A DNA stretch of 29,830 bases from Candidatus Parcubacteria bacterium (GTDB taxonomy: Bacteria; Patescibacteriota; Minisyncoccia; Minisyncoccales; UBA6532): contig JAUSNC010000006.1 in assembly GCA_030645645.1 (NCBI GenBank), positions 1-29,830 of the forward strand. The letters run 5' to 3'. Numbering within the stretch: position 1 is the stretch's first letter; each line of letters opens with the position of its first letter. Both the position numbers and the translations under genes were made by a program. Of the stretch, positions 23,863 through 29,830 are shown piece after piece. The notes under the pieces were generated by a model that saw nothing but the letters and a program-made list of their open reading frames with translations, was not told where the DNA came from and searched no databases.

Positions 23863-25662
23863 TCAACCTTTGAACATCTTCAGAAACACCTCTGCCGGAA
23901 TGCGCACCTGGCCCCTTTCTCTTAATTCCTTTTTTCCTTTTTTCTGCCTCTCCAAGAGCTTCTTTTTCCTGGTATAATCGCCTCCGTAAAGCGGGGCGAT
24001 TACGTCTTTTCCCTTTGCCCTTAAAGTTTCTCTGGCAATTATCTTACCTTGGACTGCGGCCTGCAGGGCAACGGTAAACAGCTGAGAAGGCAGAGTTTCT
24101 TTCAGCTTTTTAACTAATCTGCTCCCTTCCTGATAAGCTTTATTTGAAGGGATTATCTTTGAAAAAGCTTCCTCTACTTCTCCGGCAATCAGAATCTCAA
24201 GCTTCACTAAATTAGCGGTCCGGTAATCCAGAATTTCATAACTCATAGAAGCGTAACCCTGGGTTGCGCTTTTTAGATTGTCATAGAATCCAACTATTAT
24301 TCCTCTTAACGGAACTTCATAGACAAATAATTGCTTCTCCGTTCCTATATATTTTACATCTGTCTGATGTCCTTCAAGGCTTTCTAATATCTTCAAAGTA
24401 TCTCCGAGATAGCTTACCGGAGTAATGACTTCCAATCTGGCCCAAGGTTCCTTGATTTCCTTTATAAGAGAGAAATCCGGCCAATCAGCAGGAGAATAAA
24501 TAGTACTTTCTCCTTTATTGTCCACAACTCTGAATACGACTGAAGGATTGGAAATAACCAATTCCAAACCATATTCCCTGTGCAGTCTTTCTGAAATTAT
24601 TTCCGCATGAAGTGTGCCTAAAAATCCACAACGGAATCCCCTTCCTAAAATAGCTCTCATTTCCGGCTCATATGTTAAAGCATAATCATTAAGCTTTAAT
24701 TTTCCCAGGCCTTCTTTTAGTAAATCATAATCATCGGGATTCTGAGAATAAAGACTGGCAAAAACAACCGGCCTAGGCTCCTGATATCCTTCAAGGGGTT
24801 CAATCTTAGTATTTTCGCTTTGTTGAAGATTTAAAATTGTATCCCCAACATTTATTTTTCCCGGCTCCTTGATGCCCGTGGCAATATAGCCTATCTCTCC
24901 TGATCTTAAAATACCCGTCGGCATCAATTGCGGCTTGAAATAGCCGCTTTCCTTAACCTGCCCATCGGCTTTTCCGGCAACCAGATAGATTTTGTCCCAA
25001 GTCTTCGCTTCTCCGTCTATGATCCTGACATAGGCAAGAATGCCTCGGAAGGACTCAAAATCAGAATCAAAAATCAGAGCCCTTAAAGGCTTCTCGATAT
25101 TAACTTTCGGCGGAGGCACATCCCTGATGACAGCCTCAAGAATCTTCTCTATGTTAGTACCAAGTTTAGCTGAAATTTTGATTATTTTTTCTTTTTCTAT
25201 GCCAAGAATATTTGCAAGATCTTCGGCAGTTTCCTCAGTCCTCGCATTTATCATATCTATTTTGTTTATCACCGGAATTATCGTCAGATTCTGTTTTTTT
25301 GCCAGTTCAAAATTAGCCAAAGTCTGCGCTTGGATTCCTTTTGAAGCGTCAACTAGAAGAATCGCTCCCTCAACAGCTGCAAGAGACCTTGAAACCTCAT
25401 AGCTAAAATCAACGTGGCCGGGCGTATCAATCAGATTTAAGATATAATCCTTTCCCTGAAAATTGTAATCCATCCTTACCGGCTGCATTTTTATCGTGAT
25501 TCCCCTTTCTCTTTCCAGATCCATTGTGTCCAGATACTGGGCTTTCATTTTATCTTTTGCCACAGTACCGGTTAATTCCAAAAGCCTGTCCGCCAAGGTG
25601 GACTTTCCGTGGTCAATATGGGCGGTTATGAGAAAATTGCGGATATTAGAAGATTCTTCCAT
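23863..25662 (-). CDS. lepA: Elongation factor 4
   Basis: AHIDHGKSTL, RERGITIK, DTPGHVDFSYEVSRSL, GFLGTLH and KKLLERQKKGK motifs. Confidence 0.98.
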   Translation of the reverse strand: MEESSNIRNFLITAHIDHGKSTLADRLLELTGTVAKDKMKAQYLDTMDLERERGITIKMQPVRMDYNFQGKDYILNLIDTPGHVDFSYEVSRSLAAVEGAILLVDASKGIQAQTLANFELAKKQNLTIIPVINKIDMINARTEETAEDLANILGIEKEKIIKISAKLGTNIEKILEAVIRDVPPPKVNIEKPLRALIFDSDFESFRGILAYVRIIDGEAKTWDKIYLVAGKADGQVKESGYFKPQLMPTGILRSGEIGYIATGIKEPGKINVGDTILNLQQSENTKIEPLEGYQEPRPVVFASLYSQNPDDYDLLKEGLGKLKLNDYALTYEPEMRAILGRGFRCGFLGTLHAEIISERLHREYGLELVISNPSVVFRVVDNKGESTIYSPADWPDFSLIKEIKEPWARLEVITPVSYLGDTLKILESLEGHQTDVKYIGTEKQLFVYEVPLRGIIVGFYDNLKSATQGYASMSYEILDYRTANLVKLEILIAGEVEEAFSKIIPSNKAYQEGSRLVKKLKETLPSQLFTVALQAAVQGKIIARETLRAKGKDVIAPLYGGDYTRKKKLLERQKKGKKELRERGQVRIPAEVFLKMFKG

Positions 25663-27280
25663 AGATGAATTGTTTGATTAATTTCGCTTCATGCGTCTTA
25701 AATAAAACTGTTCCTGCAAAATACAATAGTATGCCTAAAAGCGCCGCAAAGGCTGAAGAAACAAAAACCGTAAAGAAACTCTGCTCTGAATTAAATACAT
25801 TCGCGGAAATAATCCGGAAAATAAAAGGAGCGGCTATTCCCATAATAACTGCTGAGGATATTATTTTGACGAGAGAATCCAAAAGTTTATTTAAATTAAT
25901 GCCGGGGATTTTCTTCTGTAGAAAATAAAAAAGGAAAATAAACTGCAGTATGCCGGATAAGGAAATCGCAAGAGGAAGGGCAAGAATCCTAATATCCCCT
26001 TGGAGGCCGAAGAAACCTGAAATTGCTTCAGTAAGGGCACCTTGTGAAGACAGCTCCCGCAGGAAAAACAAAGCAAATAGAATATTCATAATAATTGAAG
26101 CAACGCTTATTTTTACCGGCGTTCTGGTATCGTGAAGAGCGAAAAAAGAACGGGCCAGGAAAGGAATGAGCGCTACTCCGAAAAGACTTATACTGAACAA
26201 GCCAAGTGCAGAGGAAACCAATTGGGCATTTTCTGCCGAGAATAGCCCGTTTTTCAGGACAATCCAGACAAATTGCTCACGGAAAACAAAAATTAAAACA
26301 CTGATAGGTATTATCAGAAAGATTATTTGCATTAAGGTTGAAGAAAAATCTGCGGTAAATTCTTCTTTTTTTCCTTCTGCCCATGCCCTGGATAAATTAG
26401 GAAAAGAAGCCAAGGCGAAAGAAACTCCGATCAGGCTTACAGGAAAGAATGCAAGATTATTTGAAAAAGTGAATATGGAAATTGATCCTCCCGCCAACAG
26501 CGAAGCGAGAGCGGTAATGATAATTAAATTTATATTATATGCCGTCTGACCGATTGTTCTTGGCGCCATCAAATTAAACATTTCTCTTAATCCCGATTCT
26601 TTAAAATCAAATATCGGTTTCCAGCGCCAGCCGACGATCAAAGCTGCAGGTATCTGAATCGCCAAATGCAGAAGCGCACCTAAAATGACTCCGAAAGCTA
26701 ATCCGTATAGACCAAAAAGAGGAACAAAAAACAAAATACCTATTATTATCCCGATGTTGTAAAAAACAGGAGCAAATGAATAAACCAGAAATCTCTTAAA
26801 ATATTGGAGTATTCCGGAGAATATACTGGATACTCCAAGAATCAAAGGACTGAAAAACATTATTCTGGCAAGATTTGCAGTGAGATCTTTCTGCGCCGGA
26901 GTGAATCCGGGCGCAATGAGATTTACCAGATAAGGGGCAAAAACAATAAGAACGGCTGATATTAAAATCAAGGAAAAAAAGAAAACATTCAGAACATTAT
27001 TTGCCAACCGCCAGCCATCTTCCTCGTCCTTGCTGAAATATCTGGAAAATACCGGGAGAAAAACCGCGCTTATTCCGCCGATAATAAGAACGCCATATAT
27101 GAAATCGGGAATCCGGAAAGCCGCAAGATAAATATCAAGATTTTCGCTCGCGCCGAATGTGCCGGCTAGAAGCCGATCCCTGAAAAACCCCAAAAACTGG
27201 CTGGTTAGTGTAGAAACGCTAATTAAAACAGCCGCAAAATGGATTGTTTTAGTCTGTGAATTAAGAATCCTGTTAATCAT
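25646..27280 (-). CDS. murJ: Lipid II flippase MurJ (MviN)
   Basis: LGFFRD, AFRIPD, F.PVFYNIGII and RSFFAL.DTRTP motifs; multiple TM helices. Confidence 0.94.
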   Translation of the reverse strand: MINRILNSQTKTIHFAAVLISVSTLTSQFLGFFRDRLLAGTFGASENLDIYLAAFRIPDFIYGVLIIGGISAVFLPVFSRYFSKDEEDGWRLANNVLNVFFFSLILISAVLIVFAPYLVNLIAPGFTPAQKDLTANLARIMFFSPLILGVSSIFSGILQYFKRFLVYSFAPVFYNIGIIIGILFFVPLFGLYGLAFGVILGALLHLAIQIPAALIVGWRWKPIFDFKESGLREMFNLMAPRTIGQTAYNINLIIITALASLLAGGSISIFTFSNNLAFFPVSLIGVSFALASFPNLSRAWAEGKKEEFTADFSSTLMQIIFLIIPISVLIFVFREQFVWIVLKNGLFSAENAQLVSSALGLFSISLFGVALIPFLARSFFALHDTRTPVKISVASIIMNILFALFFLRELSSQGALTEAISGFFGLQGDIRILALPLAISLSGILQFIFLFYFLQKKIPGINLNKLLDSLVKIISSAVIMGIAAPFIFRIISANVFNSEQSFFTVFVSSAFAALLGILLYFAGTVLFKTHEAKLIKQFIYGRIF

Positions 27281-27327
27281 ATGATATATCTATCTTATAT
27301 TCAGATTGCCGATAAAGCAATAAAAAA

Positions 27328-27356
27328 TTGAAATAAGAGTAGATTTGTTCTAAAAT
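27328..27356 (+). promoter_or_regulatory. Sigma70 promoter of miaB-miaA (leaderless type)
   Basis: TTGAAA (27328-27333)-17 nt-TAAAAT (27351-27356), then 7 nt to ATG 27364. Confidence 0.65.
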
Positions 27357-27363
27357 CTATGCG

Positions 27364-28635
27364 ATGAACACGGTTAAATACTGGATTACAACTTACGGTT
27401 GCCAGATGAATAAATCCGATTCGGAAAGAATAGCCTCTGTCCTGGAAAATATGAATTATAGAAAAGCATCAAACCTGGACGATGCTAATTTAATTTTGGT
27501 TAATGCCTGCTCAATACGGCAATCAGCAATAGACCGAATATGGGGACAAACAAAAATAATTTCAAAATTGAAAAAGAAAAATCCTAATATTAAAGCAGTT
27601 TTAACCGGCTGCGTTTTGAAAAAAGACAGGATAAAATTCTATGGCAGATTTGATTTGGTTCTAGATATTAAAGATCTTCCGAAACTCCCTAAGTTTTTAG
27701 GTATACCGAAAAAAACAACAGAGGATAACTATCTTAGAATTAAGCCAAAATATGCCAGCCGCTTCAGTGCCCAAGTGCCCATAATGACCGGATGTAATAA
27801 TTTCTGCAGTTATTGCGCCGTTCCTTATACTCGGGGACGGGAGATATCCAGATCTGCAAAAGAAATTATCTGCGAAGTAAAAAATCTGGTGAATGGCGGT
27901 TATAAGGAAATATGGCTTTTAGGTGAAAACGTCAATTCTTTTAAATCAGAAGGAATAAATTTTCCTGAACTTTTAAAGAAAATCAACGCCATCAAGGGTA
28001 ATTTCTGGATAAGATTTACAAGCCCTCATCCCAAAGATTTTTCCGACGAACTGATTGAAACCATTGCCAGTTCCGAAAAGATGGCTGAATACATCAATCT
28101 TCCTATTCAATCCGGAGACAACACTATCCTAAAAAAGATGCGAAGGCCATATACGGTTAAAGGATATAAAATTTTATTGAAAAAAATAAGGGAGGCCATA
28201 CCGGGCGTTGCCATATCCACCGATGTTATAGTCGGATTCCCCGGAGAAACAAAAAAGAATTTTGAGAACACCAAAAAACTTTTTAAAGAGCTTAAATTTG
28301 ATATGGCATATATCGCCCAATATTCAAGCAGGGCCGGAACCGCCGCCTCATTATTAAAAGATAACGTATCGCATTCTGAAAAAGAAAAAAGGCACAGAAT
28401 TTTAACTGATATTTTAAGAGAAACTGCCGCAAAAAACAATAAAGAATATGAAGGAAAAACAGTTGAAGTTCTAGTTGATGACTCAAAGAACGGTTTTATG
28501 TCTGGAAAAACCAGAACTTTTAAAACTGCAAGGTTTAAAGGAAAGCCAGGCCTAATAGGTAAATTTGTAGAAGTTAAAATAATTGAAGCCCTGCCCTGGG
28601 GATTAAAAAGCGAATTATGCAAAACAAAAAACTGA
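27364..28635 (+). CDS. miaB: tRNA-2-methylthio-N6-dimethylallyladenosine synthase (radical SAM)
   Basis: TYGCQMNKSDSE, NACSIR, GCNNFCSYC and C-terminal TRAM domain; adjacent to miaA. Confidence 0.93.
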   Translation: MNTVKYWITTYGCQMNKSDSERIASVLENMNYRKASNLDDANLILVNACSIRQSAIDRIWGQTKIISKLKKKNPNIKAVLTGCVLKKDRIKFYGRFDLVLDIKDLPKLPKFLGIPKKTTEDNYLRIKPKYASRFSAQVPIMTGCNNFCSYCAVPYTRGREISRSAKEIICEVKNLVNGGYKEIWLLGENVNSFKSEGINFPELLKKINAIKGNFWIRFTSPHPKDFSDELIETIASSEKMAEYINLPIQSGDNTILKKMRRPYTVKGYKILLKKIREAIPGVAISTDVIVGFPGETKKNFENTKKLFKELKFDMAYIAQYSSRAGTAASLLKDNVSHSEKEKRHRILTDILRETAAKNNKEYEGKTVEVLVDDSKNGFMSGKTRTFKTARFKGKPGLIGKFVEVKIIEALPWGLKSELCKTKN

Positions 28636-29510
28636 TTGTAATACTCGGACCCACGGCATCCGGTAAAAGCGATCTTTCGGTAAAATTAGCCAAGGAATTC
28701 AAAGGAGAAATCATTTCTGCCGATTCAAGACAGGTTTATAAAGGAATGGATATAGGCACCGGGAAGATAACTAAAAAAGAAATGGCGGGTGTCCCCCATC
28801 ATCTTTTAAGCGTTGTTGAGCCAAAGAGAAAATTCACCGTTACAAATTACCAAAATTTAGCCGGCAAAAAAATAAATGAAATTTTTAAAAGAAACAATAT
28901 TCCTTTTCTGGTTGGGGGTACCGGTTTTTATATCCAGTCTATAACCGAAGGAATCCAGATTCCTCAAGTGAAACCGGATTGGCGGCTAAGAAAAAAACTC
29001 AACAGTTTTGAAACAGAAGAATTATTTAAAATGCTTAAAAAGAAAGATCCACAAAGAGCGAGATGTATTGATCGCTTTAATCGCCATCGCTTAATAAGAG
29101 CGATGGAAATAGTGATAAAAACAAAAAAGCCTATTCCTTTAATTAAGAAAGAATTGCCGGAATTTAAGATGCTAATGATCGGAATAAAAAAATCCCCCGC
29201 CCAGTTGAGAAAATTAATAAAAGAACGTTTAATGAAAAGATTAAAGCAAGGTTTAATTGCTGAAGTTAAACAATTAAAAAAATCCGGCCTTTCCTGGAAG
29301 AAGCTTGAAGACTCCGGTTTGGAATATAAATATGTAAGCCAATATCTGCAAAATAAAATAATCCGTATGGAAATGATTGAAAAAATCCAGATAGGGTCAG
29401 AACATTATGCAAAAAGACAAATGACTTGGTTTAAACGGAATAAACGCATAAATTGGGTAAAAAATTACCGCGAAGTAAAAATTCTGACAAGGAATTTTAT
29501 TTATAAATAA
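28617..29510 (+). CDS. miaA: tRNA dimethylallyltransferase
   Basis: GPTASGKS, SADSRQVY, VGGTGFY and YAKRQMTWF motifs. Confidence 0.97.
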   Translation: MQNKKLIVILGPTASGKSDLSVKLAKEFKGEIISADSRQVYKGMDIGTGKITKKEMAGVPHHLLSVVEPKRKFTVTNYQNLAGKKINEIFKRNNIPFLVGGTGFYIQSITEGIQIPQVKPDWRLRKKLNSFETEELFKMLKKKDPQRARCIDRFNRHRLIRAMEIVIKTKKPIPLIKKELPEFKMLMIGIKKSPAQLRKLIKERLMKRLKQGLIAEVKQLKKSGLSWKKLEDSGLEYKYVSQYLQNKIIRMEMIEKIQIGSEHYAKRQMTWFKRNKRINWVKNYREVKILTRNFIYK

Positions 29511-29531
29511 AAAAGGAGGCCGGACCTCCTT
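29510..29531 (-). terminator. Intrinsic terminator for gatB
   Basis: AAGGAGG-5 nt-CCTCCTT stem (29513-29531) followed on the minus strand by a T run. Confidence 0.7.
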
Positions 29532-29563
29532 AATTTAGCTCTTTGATTTATTTTAATAAATTA

Positions 29564-29830
29564 TCAACCTGTCAGCGCTTCTATTAAAAGCTTCTGCACC
29601 AATTCCGGTTTGGCCTTGCCTTTTGATTTTGCCATAACCTGGCCCACCAAAAACTGCAAGGAATTTTGCTTTCCTTTTTTAAAATCAGCAACTGCCGCAG
29701 GATTTTGGGAAATGACTTCTTTTACTATATTTTTAATTTCAACTTCATCTGTAATCATAGTTAAATCCTTTCCCTCTATTATATTTGAGGGATCAGCCCC
29801 GGTCTTAAACATCTCAAGTAGAACTTCCTT
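29564..29830 (-). CDS. gatB: Asp/Glu-tRNA amidotransferase subunit B, C-terminal part (5' end outside window)
   Basis: Frame is open to the window edge; NPAAVADFKKGK...FLVGQVMAKSKGKAKP is the GatB/YqeY-like C-terminus. Confidence 0.9.
   Translation of the reverse strand, partial: KEVLLEMFKTGADPSNIIEGKDLTMITDEVEIKNIVKEVISQNPAAVADFKKGKQNSLQFLVGQVMAKSKGKAKPELVQKLLIEALTG

Noticed and set aside
1-29830. Alternative genetic code (TGA=Gly, code 25)
   Set aside because: Long genes are intact under code 11, and TGA serves as the stop for lepA and the 150-aa gene.

Overview
AT-rich window from a Patescibacteria/CPR (Parcubacteria-like) chromosome. This taxonomy is inferred from gene content, the absence of Shine-Dalgarno motifs, the divergent EF-P and the CPR-type ATPase locus; translation follows standard code 11. 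Most of it is housekeeping: rnhA (partial), RecJ-like, pgk, a VirD4/HerA-like ATPase plus membrane partner, a sigma4/HARE-HTH protein, secDF, secA, hpf, murB, apgM, murC, thpR, Nif3-like, efp, an S8 protease, tRNA-Thr(CGT), tRNA-Gly(CCC), ftsB, lepA, murJ, miaB, miaA and gatB (partial). Two unannotated small membrane-peptide ORFs are also present. The most unusual structure lies between secA and secD (about 9250-10565). The secA 3' end (...KKCHGR-stop) is echoed three more times downstream as non-coding relics (YQKCHGR*, KYKRCHGA*, KCHGK*). These sit in homologous 70-100 bp units, one after each cargo block (a 150-aa hypothetical gene, then a self-promoted toxin-antitoxin pair). This resembles an integron-like or att-site cassette array anchored on the secA 3' end, with no recombinase in the window; the mechanism is inferred, not shown. 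Two motifs of these units recur in a structured 5' leader of murB. A divergent PurD-like ATP-grasp ligase and an AdoMetDC-like pyruvoyl decarboxylase sit as a pair between hpf and secA. Several genes appear to be transcribed as leaderless mRNAs.
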